A stretch of DNA of 64,000 nt from an uncultured virus (IMG/VR IMGVR_UViG_3300042452_000572) (IMGVR_UViG_3300042452_000572); one strand, 5' to 3'; counted from the stretch's first letter, positions 8,703 through 17,958 are shown. A program made the numbers and translations. The notes: generated by a model not told the origin, from the sequence alone.

Positions 8703-8729
8703 AAAAAAGCGGGTCGTAAAAACCCGCTT
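8703..8729 (-). terminator. Rho-independent terminator after regA
   Basis: 8-bp stem AAGCGGGT/ACCCGCTT with a 7-nt loop, followed by a T-run on the minus strand. Confidence 0.85.
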
Positions 8730-8743
8730 GTTCTATTCGGTTA

Positions 8744-9172
8744 TCACTGTTCAGTTCGTTTTTTACCAATATTATATTTGGTTTCCAACACCCATTCACC
8801 CTTTTCTTTATAAGCAATCACCTTAATTTGGTTAAGTGGTGCAATATCAGAAATAGTATCTGGTTTAATAACCTCAATTAAACCCCAATCAGCTAGGAGT
8901 TGAATAATTCTATTTCTTCTCTGAACATCATTGATGCTAAGATTTGCTTTCTTACCATCTAATGCAAAAAGTTCTTTGAAGTGAACAATATAATACTTAC
9001 CTTGCTTATGCAAAATATGGCAAGATTGATATAGTTTCTTTTCCTTTCTTGATGCAACACCGATCCTGGTTAGTGTCTCACGAACCTTGAGAAAATCGTC
9101 AGGTTCTGCAAGAACAACTTCAACCATCTTATCGGGAGACCAATGGTATTCGGGCTCGACGACAACACTCAT
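8744..9172 (-). CDS. regA: Translational repressor RegA
   Basis: EPDDFLKVRETLTRIGVASRKEKKLYQSCHILHKQGKYYIVHFKELFALDGK. Confidence 0.97.
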   Translation of the reverse strand: MSVVVEPEYHWSPDKMVEVVLAEPDDFLKVRETLTRIGVASRKEKKLYQSCHILHKQGKYYIVHFKELFALDGKKANLSINDVQRRNRIIQLLADWGLIEVIKPDTISDIAPLNQIKVIAYKEKGEWVLETKYNIGKKRTEQ

Positions 9173-9552
9173 TTTATTCCTCCAGTATCAAGTTTCTTTC
9201 TAATGAACGTTAGTTGATCTTCTGTTAGAAGAGAAAGAGCTTGTCTGGCTTTTTCATTACTATAACCATAGTAAGATTTGACACATTCAAGGTTCTTCAA
9301 TTCTTCTTTTTTGATCCACGGAGAAAATCTCCGTTTCGATCTCAAAGTATTTAGTAAAAAATCATACTGCAACTTCTTGTCTAGATGATGATTAATATTC
9401 ATCTCATTAGAAAACATTACAGCGTCAACATGTCCAGACAAACAACGATTGACAATATATGGAAGATACTTATTTTCAATTGTAGGATCTTCATCAATCA
9501 AATTTATCTTTGAAGTGTTTATACTGTTCAACCAATCTTTTAGTTCAACCAT
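9169..9552 (-). CDS. gp62: Clamp loader small subunit (T4 gp62)
   Basis: LKDWLNSIN...YLPYIVNRCLS...LQYDFLLN..R..KRRFSPW...YYGYSNEKA. Start at MVELK (9552). Confidence 0.93.
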   Translation of the reverse strand: MVELKDWLNSINTSKINLIDEDPTIENKYLPYIVNRCLSGHVDAVMFSNEMNINHHLDKKLQYDFLLNTLRSKRRFSPWIKKEELKNLECVKSYYGYSNEKARQALSLLTEDQLTFIRKKLDTGGIK

Positions 9553-10072
9553 TTTTTGCTGCTGCTTTTCTAAAGGATTGATTTTCAATAGGCTTAACCC
9601 AACGAAGATTATCTACATGATTATTCGCAGGATTATCATCAATATGATCTATATATGCACTACTCCTAACCCATGCTTTCCACTCTTCTGGTATTCTTTT
9701 TTGACCTACCATATCAGGAGTAATAACTTGATCCCAAGTTTCTTTCAATTCATCTGGAGGATATTCATCAATAGGTTTCCAGGTTTCCGCAACAATACGA
9801 TGAGCATCTATAGATATTGCTGGAGAATGTTTTTTTCCCCGCGCTCTATGATCATAGTCTTCAAATAACCCAGTAGGAATTGAAAGAATATATGAATAAC
9901 ACCTAAGTCTTCTTCCTGCTTCTCTAAGTCTTGCAGACCATTTCAATTTAGGTTTTAAAAATTTACCTGTTTTAGTACTAAAAATATCTGCCTTTCGATT
10001 ACAATAATATTCAGGAAGTTCTTTTAAATAACGAATAACTGGTCTAAAATCAGGGTTTAAATGAACAATCAT
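9545..10072 (-). CDS. Free-standing HNH (homing) endonuclease
   Basis: AHRIVAETW...IDHIDDNPANNHVDNLRWV..IEN (HNH_3-type motif); inserted between speD and gp62 with overlaps at both ends. Confidence 0.85.
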   Translation of the reverse strand: MIVHLNPDFRPVIRYLKELPEYYCNRKADIFSTKTGKFLKPKLKWSARLREAGRRLRCYSYILSIPTGLFEDYDHRARGKKHSPAISIDAHRIVAETWKPIDEYPPDELKETWDQVITPDMVGQKRIPEEWKAWVRSSAYIDHIDDNPANNHVDNLRWVKPIENQSFRKAAAKNG

Positions 10073-10395
10073 CTTTCAATGTAGGATAATGTATGTGATT
10101 GAGATTTGAGTTGATGTATAATTATATCACATCCTATCTTAGGATGTGAACTTCCACATGTGTAGATATCACATGCTGCTTTACCTTCCTCTGGCCAAGT
10201 ATGAATACTAATGTGACTTTCAGAAAGTAAAGAAACCACAGTTACTCCCTGTGGTTCAAATTTTTTTGAGATTGATTGGATAACTGTTGCACCACTACTT
10301 TCTGCAGCAATTTCTAAAAGATCCTGCAGAAATAATAAGTTGTCTAATAAATCAAATGGACAACCATAAAGATTAAGTAGATAGTGCTTTCCCAT
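10069..10395 (-). CDS. speD: Pyruvoyl-dependent S-adenosylmethionine decarboxylase family proenzyme
   Basis: MGKHYLLNLYGC, FEPQGVT..SLLSESHISIHTWPE (E|S autocleavage site), DIYTCG. Confidence 0.9.
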   Translation of the reverse strand: MGKHYLLNLYGCPFDLLDNLLFLQDLLEIAAESSGATVIQSISKKFEPQGVTVVSLLSESHISIHTWPEEGKAACDIYTCGSSHPKIGCDIIIHQLKSQSHTLSYIER

Positions 10396-11230
10396 CAGAG
10401 TAGTTTAAAAGAAGAAGTTCCTTTCGATCCTTTTGATTTTTAGTATATTCGCCAGTTGATCGCATAGTATATGTATGTTCATACTCAACTGCAGACCATT
10501 TAGAGAACCTATCTTTTACTAATTGTGATGAATTATAACTAACCATCATATCAAGTGAACTATTATCGCAATCAATAGCAAACTGATCGTGATCAAATCC
10601 TTTGTGCATTGATCCTTTGTTCCCGTAGAGATTATCCTTAATGTCATAAGGGGGATCAAGATATACAAAAGCACCTTCTCCACTCCAGAAATCAATCACT
10701 TCCTTATATGAATAGTTAGTAATAGTCCAATTTTTAATTAGAGTAGAATACTCTAACAATTTTTCGATACCCCGCATAGAAAAATTATTTTCTGATGCTT
10801 GTGGGGAGAATGATGAGCTTTCTGTAAGCCCAGAAAAAGAACACTTATTAACAATATAGAAACTAATTGCACGCTGGAGATCATCAGTTTTCTTGTGATT
10901 TGAACTAAGATACTCTTTGCTTTCCAAAAAGAGAACTTTGGCTCGATCTGGATCATTGTGCCTTTGTTTGAGATTTGTGAGATATTTCTTAATTTCATCA
11001 CCGTTATCTCTTAGTTGTTTCCAAAAATTGATAAGAGGTTCATAAAGATCATTAACCCAAATGTTGATGTTTGGATACTGTTGGGTTACATAAAGTGCGA
11101 CAGATCCTCCACCAAGAAAAGGTTCACGATACTCTTGATAGGTAGAAAGATCTGGAAAAAATTGACTAATTTTACTTGTCGCCCTCGATTTCCCGCCAGG
11201 ATAACGAAGAGGTGTCTTTAGACTTGCCAT
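10373..11230 (-). CDS. dam: DNA adenine methyltransferase (Dam/D12 family)
   Basis: TPLRYPGGKS, YREPFLGGGSV, VNDL, FVYLDPPY. Confidence 0.93.
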   Translation of the reverse strand: MASLKTPLRYPGGKSRATSKISQFFPDLSTYQEYREPFLGGGSVALYVTQQYPNINIWVNDLYEPLINFWKQLRDNGDEIKKYLTNLKQRHNDPDRAKVLFLESKEYLSSNHKKTDDLQRAISFYIVNKCSFSGLTESSSFSPQASENNFSMRGIEKLLEYSTLIKNWTITNYSYKEVIDFWSGEGAFVYLDPPYDIKDNLYGNKGSMHKGFDHDQFAIDCDNSSLDMMVSYNSSQLVKDRFSKWSAVEYEHTYTMRSTGEYTKNQKDRKELLLLNYSDGKALST

Positions 11231-11390
11231 AATCAGGTTGATGATACTTTAAAAATTCACGAAAAGTCATTTTCATTTCTTTCTGCGTCATCCCACAATG
11301 GGCAGCAGCAGTAGGAAGATTCATTTTAGCACGAAATAATGCTTCATTTGCTTCCGCTACATTCTCAGGTGTTGTCTTTTTTTGGTCCAT
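11172..11390 (-). CDS. Conserved cyanophage hypothetical protein
   Basis: TTPENVAEANEALFRAKMNLPTAAAHCGMTQKEMKMTF; overlaps both neighbours in the same operon. Confidence 0.7.
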   Translation of the reverse strand: MDQKKTTPENVAEANEALFRAKMNLPTAAAHCGMTQKEMKMTFREFLKYHQPDYGKSKDTSSLSWREIEGDK

Positions 11391-12000
11391 AATGTAAAAA
11401 GAAATTTGTAGAGAAACTAATCCGTTCTACATCAGAAGTAAATGGATAAACATAATGAATTAACCATGCAGGAAACAAATAAATGTCTCCTTCTTCTGGA
11501 GCAACAGGTCCAAAAGAATGATTATTATGTGGAGCCCATTGTCCATATTGCCATTCAATTTTACCTCCTGTCGGATTTCTTCCCCTTTGAGTTGGATGTT
11601 TCCATTCATCTTTCAACTCTTCAGGAACTTGTGCGTAAATAACACAAGAAAAATCACCTGCATGAATGTGCGGTGGATTCCATTCTCCTTTACGTTGAAC
11701 ATTAACCCACGGACGATCAAGTTCAATATTGTCTATTTCATGATCTTCTGGTGGTTGATAATTACCAACCTTACCCATTTGAATGAGATAATCCCCAAGA
11801 TGTTCCTGCAATTCATTGACATTATCAATAGTCATATGAAAAGCAACTTCTCGATCAATGTTTCCAGCAAGAAGATGATTATTTTCAATATCGGAATTTT
11901 TTGCTGCGTCAAGAATAGTTTGACGTAAGTTTTCTGAAATTTTGTTTTTGTAAATTACTGGTCCAAAAGGACGAATAATATATCCAGGTTCAATAGTCAT
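11365..12000 (-). CDS. 2OG-Fe(II) oxygenase (TIGR02466-like)
   Basis: WVN...GEWNPPHIH (HxH), SCVIY, PEEGDIYLFPAWLIHYVYP, RISFSTN (RxS). Confidence 0.88.
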   Translation of the reverse strand: MTIEPGYIIRPFGPVIYKNKISENLRQTILDAAKNSDIENNHLLAGNIDREVAFHMTIDNVNELQEHLGDYLIQMGKVGNYQPPEDHEIDNIELDRPWVNVQRKGEWNPPHIHAGDFSCVIYAQVPEELKDEWKHPTQRGRNPTGGKIEWQYGQWAPHNNHSFGPVAPEEGDIYLFPAWLIHYVYPFTSDVERISFSTNFFLHYGPKKDNT

Positions 12001-12947
12001 TTGAATTCACAGTTACACATAATTTCTGTTAGTGCTGCCAGAAGATTGATTTCTTGATCAGCAACAAATGCAGTCTGATATTGATACTTAGCAATGATCA
12101 AAACTGCTTCAGGAATAGAATTTGGTTTGAGTGTATCATAGATACAATCATAAATGTTGCGAAGGATAGTATTAGGATCGTTATCTAAATTCTGCACAAT
12201 CCACTTACGAACATTGGGAAATTCTTTTTTGGAAAGATACCCAACAAGTTCTTTGGTATTGACATTAGATAGAAGACCAAGAATACCAGTATCAATTGAT
12301 CCGCCAGCAGAATAACGTTGACATTCGTTTAGAATGCGACGCCAATCTGGAAAGTGTTGATTGATTATTTCAACAAGAACTTTCGGATCATGTTTGACAT
12401 TCTCTGTCTCAAGAATAGTCCCGAGACGCTTGAAGAATGCTGCTGCGATTGCTGGTTTTTGTTTTCCTGTGATTGTGAAATCAACGACTGCACATCTTGA
12501 GTGCAATGGTTCGATGATTTTGTTCTTGTAGTTGCAGGTGAAGATGAAGCGGCAGTTGTTATAAAATGCCTCAATATTTGCCCGTAAGAGGAGTTGTACG
12601 TCGTGGGTTGTGTTATCAGCCTCATCAATAATGATGACTTTGTGTTTCGCGTCCATTGCTGAAAGCGATACGGTCGAAGCAAAGTTCTTTGCTTGATTTC
12701 TAACCGTGTCCAAAAATCGTCCTTCATCTGATCCATTTATTACATAACAGTCTGCTTTTAGTTCGTGACATAATGCTTTTGCCACGGTAGTTTTACCAAT
12801 ACCAGGAGGACCTGCAAGAAGAAGATTTGGAATTTCTCCTTTACTTACAAAGTCCTTCAAGGTAGATTTGATTGCATCTGGAAGAATACAATCATCAATT
12901 TTCTTGGGTCTATATTTTTCTACCCAAAGAAAGTCATCACGATCCAT
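11997..12947 (-). CDS. gp44: Clamp loader large subunit (T4 gp44)
   Basis: LWVEKYRP, GPPGIGKTT, IIIDEAD, FIFTCN, LHSRC. Start at MDRDD (12947). Confidence 0.97.
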   Translation of the reverse strand: MDRDDFLWVEKYRPKKIDDCILPDAIKSTLKDFVSKGEIPNLLLAGPPGIGKTTVAKALCHELKADCYVINGSDEGRFLDTVRNQAKNFASTVSLSAMDAKHKVIIIDEADNTTHDVQLLLRANIEAFYNNCRFIFTCNYKNKIIEPLHSRCAVVDFTITGKQKPAIAAAFFKRLGTILETENVKHDPKVLVEIINQHFPDWRRILNECQRYSAGGSIDTGILGLLSNVNTKELVGYLSKKEFPNVRKWIVQNLDNDPNTILRNIYDCIYDTLKPNSIPEAVLIIAKYQYQTAFVADQEINLLAALTEIMCNCEFK

Positions 12948-13611
12948 AAGTTGAATCTGGTTCAAGTGCAATAAAGTAAGTAAGATTATAACGTTCGCTA
13001 TAGAACCTGGCAAGTTTCTTTTGGGAAATTACCACTTCGTAACTGCCACGAATAAGTTTGATATTTTCAATTTTGAAGTTGAAAGAAAACTCTGCATCAG
13101 TTTCTCCAACAACAATCGAATATTCATTAGATGTATCGTTTTTACGATCACTGACAACGAGTTTAATTACTCCAGCTTCACCAACTGCAGAAAGATCAGG
13201 AAGTCCCAAAATAGAAGAAGACTTCAAGATTGTTTGAAGTTGTTCTTCCTGAAGAACAAAACAAACTTCCTCAGAAGGAAGTTTCATTTCACGATCAGGT
13301 GGTGCAATAATTACACTAGGATCTGAAAAGAAATACTTAGAACGATTTGCTTTTCCTTCTTTAATACTTGCATAATTCTCTTCGCTAGACACATCAATAT
13401 CGGGATCTTTATAAAGAACGATTGTGTTTAGAAACTGAGGAAGATCGTAGATTGCAAAATCTTTTGGAATGTATTCTTCAATCTCCGCTTCTGCAAATAC
13501 ATTTTGCATCGGAGAAATAGTACGAAGTTTCCTGCCTTCTTTGAAGGATAGGGACTGATTGATTGAAGTAAAGTTTTGAAGAATTTTAATTGTTTTTTCA
13601 GAAAATTTCAT
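12937..13611 (-). CDS. gp45: Sliding clamp (T4 gp45)
   Basis: MKFSEKTIKILQNFTSINQS...FAIYDLPQFL...FKIENIKLI..YFIALEPDS. Confidence 0.96.
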   Translation of the reverse strand: MKFSEKTIKILQNFTSINQSLSFKEGRKLRTISPMQNVFAEAEIEEYIPKDFAIYDLPQFLNTIVLYKDPDIDVSSEENYASIKEGKANRSKYFFSDPSVIIAPPDREMKLPSEEVCFVLQEEQLQTILKSSSILGLPDLSAVGEAGVIKLVVSDRKNDTSNEYSIVVGETDAEFSFNFKIENIKLIRGSYEVVISQKKLARFYSERYNLTYFIALEPDSTYGS

Positions 13612-13925
13612 CGTTCATTATAAGGTTGAGTAGGTTCTTTATGAAGCCCTGCAAAGTGATACAGAAGAATACAATAATGGATTGCTTTCAGTATATCCAT
13701 CTTAGATTTACCATTCTTCTTTCCAAAGCGTGAAAGATATTTGATAGCATTGGATCGAGTAAAAGGTTCCGCATCTCCAATACTTTCAATCAAATCTAGA
13801 GTTTGAGTTTTTGATTGATCTGAAGTATAGTGAGAACTATAAGTACTTGCAAGATATTCTTCTACTACCTTGAGTGTTAGATCCTCGTTATACTTCCAAA
13901 AACCGTTGTCAGACATCTCCATCAT
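13608..13925 (-). CDS. DUF3310 / T7 gp1.7-like protein
   Basis: HY...TLDLIE...FTRSNAIKYLSRFGKKNG....DILKAIHY pattern. Confidence 0.65.
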   Translation of the reverse strand: MMEMSDNGFWKYNEDLTLKVVEEYLASTYSSHYTSDQSKTQTLDLIESIGDAEPFTRSNAIKYLSRFGKKNGKSKMDILKAIHYCILLYHFAGLHKEPTQPYNER

Positions 13926-13942
13926 AATAAAGTTCAGTAGGC

Positions 13943-13951
13943 ATTATAGCA
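13943..13951 (-). promoter_or_regulatory. Extended -10 promoter for the gp45-gp44 operon
   Basis: TGCTATAAT (TGn-TATAAT) immediately downstream of the hli terminator; no clear -35 box. Confidence 0.5.
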
Positions 13952-13952
13952 C

Positions 13953-13976
13953 AAAAAAAGGGGATTGAAAATCCCC
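13953..13976 (-). terminator. Rho-independent terminator after hli
   Basis: Stem GGGGAT/ATCCCC with a 5-nt loop, then 7 T on the minus strand. Confidence 0.8.
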
Positions 13977-13999
13977 CTTCAAAAATTATTTTTATTTTA

Positions 14000-14221
14000 T
14001 CACCAAATGCCTGGAATAATCTGCCCCGTAAGAGCATAAGCACCTACAGCGGCAATAAAACCTAGCATTGCTAGGCGACCATTTAGTTTTTCTGCTTTTT
14101 CGTTATGGGTTTGGTACACACCGTTTTCCATTTGATCTAGTACTCCTTTATCAATGTACATAGTTGGTTCATTGGCAAACATGTTTTGTTGGCCAAATTC
14201 ATTTGATGTTACAGTCATCAA
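14000..14221 (-). CDS. hli: High-light-inducible protein (HLIP)
   Basis: AEKLNGRLAMLGF..AVGAYALTGQIIPGIW chlorophyll-binding motif; N-terminal EFGQQNMFANEP. Confidence 0.96.
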   Translation of the reverse strand: MMTVTSNEFGQQNMFANEPTMYIDKGVLDQMENGVYQTHNEKAEKLNGRLAMLGFIAAVGAYALTGQIIPGIW

Positions 14222-14245
14222 TGATTTGTAACGAATTACAACAAC

Positions 14246-14274
14246 ATTATATAGGAAATATAAAGAGTTGTCAA
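14246..14274 (-). promoter_or_regulatory. Perfect-consensus sigma70 promoter for hli
   Basis: TTGACA-N17-TATAAT; the -35 box overlaps the gp46 stop codon. Confidence 0.88.
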
Positions 14275-15983
14275 GCCTTCAGTTGACTAAACCCTTTAAC
14301 TTTTTGGAATTCCAACACATTCTCAAATTTCTCATGCAATTCGTTTTTATGCGATATGATAAAGATATTAGCATCGCTAACCACATATCTGATAATTTTA
14401 AAGAATTCATCTGTTCCCAATCCATCAAGAGAACTATCAAATACCTCATCCATTATGAGAAGATTTGTTGAGATGCTATTTTTTAATCTTGCAATTTCTC
14501 GCCAAGTAAACAACAATGACAAATCAATTCTCATTTTTTCACCTTCAGAAAAAGAAGGATAGGAAAAATTCTCATGAATTGGTGTTTGAATTTTTTCATT
14601 GAATTCTTCATCTAGTGTAAAATTGATGAAGAAGTCCATCATTTGCAAGTACTTATTGACTTGCTGATTGATGAGTGGCAAATACTTTTTGATGATACTA
14701 CTCTTTACTCCATCATCTTTTAGTAGAACATTTGCTTGAAGATAGTATCCGTAATCTTCTTTAAGCTGTTCTAGGTCTGTTAGTATTTGTCTCAGATTAG
14801 ATTTATATTCACTTAATTTTTCATGCTCAGTATTTCTGTTTTCAAGTCTAGTGGTAATAGTTTGAATTTCTTTTTCAAGAGTTGATCTTGATTTGTTTGA
14901 GTTAGAAATACGAATGTTGATCTGAGAAATTTCATTTTGTAGTTTAGTAATCTCCCTTTGAAGTCCGAAGAATGCTTGTTCACGTTCTTCTTCTTTTTTG
15001 ATCGTATCTTCAATTTCCTGAAGATTACTTTCATAAGAACTTAGGACTTGCTGGAGCTCGTCTATTTTATTTACACGAAACGTTTCTTCAATCGTTTGTG
15101 TGCATGTTGGGCAAACCGAATGCTCTTTGAAAAATTCCAGATCATCACCAGAGTTTTGTTTCTTGTTTCCAATCTTACCTTTGAAAGTTCCAAGTTTACG
15201 AAGAGTATCTGAAGCATCTGCATACTGTTCTACTTCCTGTTGCTTGTCTTGAACTTTATGTAAAAGACTGGAGATACTTTCATTGTACTTGGAAACTTCC
15301 CTTTCACATTCAGTAATTTGGGTTTGTTTATCTTTGATATCATTCTGTCCAGTCTCTTCAATTTGTTTGATAAAGTTTTGCTGCATGATAATTTTATCAG
15401 CAATCCCTTCTTTTTTCAACTCTAAAGTCTTGGCAGTTTCTTTAGCATCCTTGATTTTGTTCTTCAAGATCTCCGACATTGAAGAAAACACTTTGATATC
15501 CAAAAGATCCTCAATCACTTCTCGCCTATGAGCAGCAGGAAGTTGCATAAACGGAACAAACGAAGCACTACCAAGAATAACAATCTGAGTGAATGACTTA
15601 TAGTTCAACTTGAGGATGATGTTTTCAAGCATCTTCTGTTGATCCTGAGCAGAAGCATCCTCATTCATCTTCTTACCGTTCTGATAAATCTCAAAGATGC
15701 CAGGTTTGATACCTCGAATAACTTTATATTCGTTCCTGTTTACATTGAAATCAATTTCAACAACACAATCTTTTTCATTGGACGAATTGACAATTTGATT
15801 TTTGTTGATCTTCCTGAATGGTTTGTTAAACAACGAGAAACACAAAGCATCAAGAATGGTTGACTTACCAGCACCATTCTGCCCAACAATCAGTGTGTTA
15901 GTGTTTTGATTTAGTTTAATTGATGTGAACTGGTTTCCTGATGATAGAAAATTTTTATAACGAATTTCTTTGAACTCAATCAT
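14271..15983 (-). CDS. gp46: Recombination endonuclease ATPase subunit (T4 gp46, SbcC/Rad50-like)
   Basis: YKNFLSSGN, GQNGAGKST, zinc hook CPTC, FSEGEKMRIDL, LLIMDEVFDSSLD. Confidence 0.97.
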   Translation of the reverse strand: MIEFKEIRYKNFLSSGNQFTSIKLNQNTNTLIVGQNGAGKSTILDALCFSLFNKPFRKINKNQIVNSSNEKDCVVEIDFNVNRNEYKVIRGIKPGIFEIYQNGKKMNEDASAQDQQKMLENIILKLNYKSFTQIVILGSASFVPFMQLPAAHRREVIEDLLDIKVFSSMSEILKNKIKDAKETAKTLELKKEGIADKIIMQQNFIKQIEETGQNDIKDKQTQITECEREVSKYNESISSLLHKVQDKQQEVEQYADASDTLRKLGTFKGKIGNKKQNSGDDLEFFKEHSVCPTCTQTIEETFRVNKIDELQQVLSSYESNLQEIEDTIKKEEEREQAFFGLQREITKLQNEISQINIRISNSNKSRSTLEKEIQTITTRLENRNTEHEKLSEYKSNLRQILTDLEQLKEDYGYYLQANVLLKDDGVKSSIIKKYLPLINQQVNKYLQMMDFFINFTLDEEFNEKIQTPIHENFSYPSFSEGEKMRIDLSLLFTWREIARLKNSISTNLLIMDEVFDSSLDGLGTDEFFKIIRYVVSDANIFIISHKNELHEKFENVLEFQKVKGFSQLKA

Positions 15984-16242
15984 TATCAGATCGTGGTGGA
16001 ATTACAATGTCATCTTCAGTGATTATAGTATATCTTATTCCCGCTTTTTCACATGCTGCGATTGCAACCGTATCATTGACTTTGATGACATCCATTTCTG
16101 GACAACCATCTTCTTCCATTAGCAAAGCATATCTTACAGCATCATCTTGTTCCTCAAACAAAAATACAACCTTTTCTCCAAACTCATCCTTTACCGCATA
16201 TGCCCCTTCGTCTTCTAACCCCTTGATTGTAATGATATACAT
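15976..16242 (-). CDS. Hypothetical protein, DUF3110-like
   Basis: EGAYAV...VFLFEEQDDAVRYALLME...IVIPP; coupled between gp47 and gp46. Confidence 0.7.
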   Translation of the reverse strand: MYIITIKGLEDEGAYAVKDEFGEKVVFLFEEQDDAVRYALLMEEDGCPEMDVIKVNDTVAIAACEKAGIRYTIITEDDIVIPPRSDND

Positions 16243-17282
16243 TACATAACCTCACACGCTTCCTGATAGATATTTTTGATTAGACTTTTGATCTTAGATT
16301 TATTTAGATCTGTCTCCAAATCATCAACATACTTATCAAGAAGCGTCATGGTGTCTTCTGTTTGATTGACAATCTCGTCATCAAAAGAAATATTATCTAC
16401 TTTTTCTACAATTTTTACATCGTAAGGATTGACTTTCATTAGAGCATCCAAGAAGCGATCATACTCTTTCTCGTTACTTTTTTGTTTGACGACAACCTTG
16501 ACAATTTTATTTGTGTAGTCTGTAAACTTAACTAACTGCCTAGGAGTATCATTATAGTAGATAATCTCATAAAGTGTAAAGGGATTATCAATTGCCTCTA
16601 ACTCAAGAGTTTCAGTATCAAAGATATGGAAACCTCTAGCGTCATTCACGTCATTCCAGAACATTTGGTATGGATTGCCTAGGTAAAAAATTCTACCGTT
16701 ATTAGATCTGGTATGGTAATGACCAGAGAATACACGATCAAATTTTTCATAAGGAAGAATGTCTGCACCATCTTCCATAGTATATCCGTAGTGTGCATAG
16801 AACCCATTGAGTTCTAAGTGCCCCATGACAACTTTTGCTTTAGTATCGTTGATCTTGTTATAGGTAAACTCTGTATTATCAGTATTCACCCAAGGAACGA
16901 AGAGTATCTCCAAACCTCCAACTCTAAGTTCTGATGCATCAACAATAACATTGATATTATTATACTCTCGTAGGAGAAGATCAATAGTGTTGATCTCGTT
17001 AGTGTTTTTATAGAAAGCAGTATGGTTTCCAACAACAGAAATGATTTCGATACCCATGTCTCGGAGACGGTCGAAATAATTTTTCTTTGCCCAATCCAGA
17101 GACCAAAAATCAATAGTTTTACGACTGTCAAAAGTATCACCCATGTCGATGACAGTTGTAATACCACGTTTCTGTAGTTCTGGAAAAAAGACTTCATCGT
17201 AAAACTTGAGAAAAAAGTCGTGATATAGTTTGGATCCTTTTTTAAATCCAAAGTGTTGATCTGTAATAATAGCGACTTTCAT
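16242..17282 (-). CDS. gp47: Recombination endonuclease nuclease subunit (T4 gp47, SbcD/Mre11-like)
   Basis: ITDQHFG, MGDTFDSRK, VGNH, MGHLEL, FSGHYH. Confidence 0.97.
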   Translation of the reverse strand: MKVAIITDQHFGFKKGSKLYHDFFLKFYDEVFFPELQKRGITTVIDMGDTFDSRKTIDFWSLDWAKKNYFDRLRDMGIEIISVVGNHTAFYKNTNEINTIDLLLREYNNINVIVDASELRVGGLEILFVPWVNTDNTEFTYNKINDTKAKVVMGHLELNGFYAHYGYTMEDGADILPYEKFDRVFSGHYHTRSNNGRIFYLGNPYQMFWNDVNDARGFHIFDTETLELEAIDNPFTLYEIIYYNDTPRQLVKFTDYTNKIVKVVVKQKSNEKEYDRFLDALMKVNPYDVKIVEKVDNISFDDEIVNQTEDTMTLLDKYVDDLETDLNKSKIKSLIKNIYQEACEVM

Positions 17283-17488
17283 AGTTTTCCGCCAACTTCC
17301 CCTTCATATTTTGTCGATTCAGGAAACCCATCTTGCTTTGCTTGCAGATACCAACGAGTAGAAGATATACACAGTTCCTTATGTAAGGAAGTAATAATTT
17401 CATTGCCTTCCTTATCATAAGAAGCCCAAGTCTTCCAAGGTTTTTGTTCCACTCGGAAACAATCATCAATCCATTCGTAATCACTCAT
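17279..17488 (-). CDS. Conserved hypothetical protein (69 aa)
   Basis: ATGA overlaps with both gp55 and gp47; ends in YEGEVGGKL. Confidence 0.75.
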   Translation of the reverse strand: MSDYEWIDDCFRVEQKPWKTWASYDKEGNEIITSLHKELCISSTRWYLQAKQDGFPESTKYEGEVGGKL

Positions 17489-17958
17489 CGATTTAAACGA
17501 TACTGTACAGCGTCTTTAATTTGATTATATCCAGAAGTATCACCATTTTCGTCTGCGACGAAAACTTCGTCAAATCCAGATCTTTCAATAATTTTTTGTC
17601 TAATTTCTAATTGCTTTTTCTCTTTCTGAATACGACGAAGGAAAGCATAGTGAATAATCTGAGTAAAATATGCAAAGGGATTGCTAGATTTCTCTGGATT
17701 AAAATTATTAATGTACTGAACACAGTTTTCAATGCCATCACAAATCATGTCATCCTTAAACATGTAGTTGACAAAATTTGGTTTATAGGAAAGATGGGTA
17801 GCAATCTTAAGAAAACATTCTCCAAGGTAATTGGTAATTCTTGGTTTTGGTTTTCCTAAATGTTCAGCATCTTTAATTTCTTGTTTGTAAGCAACAATAG
17901 CAGTAAGGAATTCCTTATTGTTTACATAATGTTCTGATCTTTTTCGTGTCATTATCAT
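17485..17958 (-). CDS. gp55: Late-transcription sigma factor (T4 gp55)
   Basis: HYVNNKEFL...YLGECFLKIATHLSYKPNFVNY...NPFAYFTQIIHYAFLRRIQKEKKQ. Confidence 0.97.
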   Translation of the reverse strand: MIMTRKRSEHYVNNKEFLTAIVAYKQEIKDAEHLGKPKPRITNYLGECFLKIATHLSYKPNFVNYMFKDDMICDGIENCVQYINNFNPEKSSNPFAYFTQIIHYAFLRRIQKEKKQLEIRQKIIERSGFDEVFVADENGDTSGYNQIKDAVQYRLNR

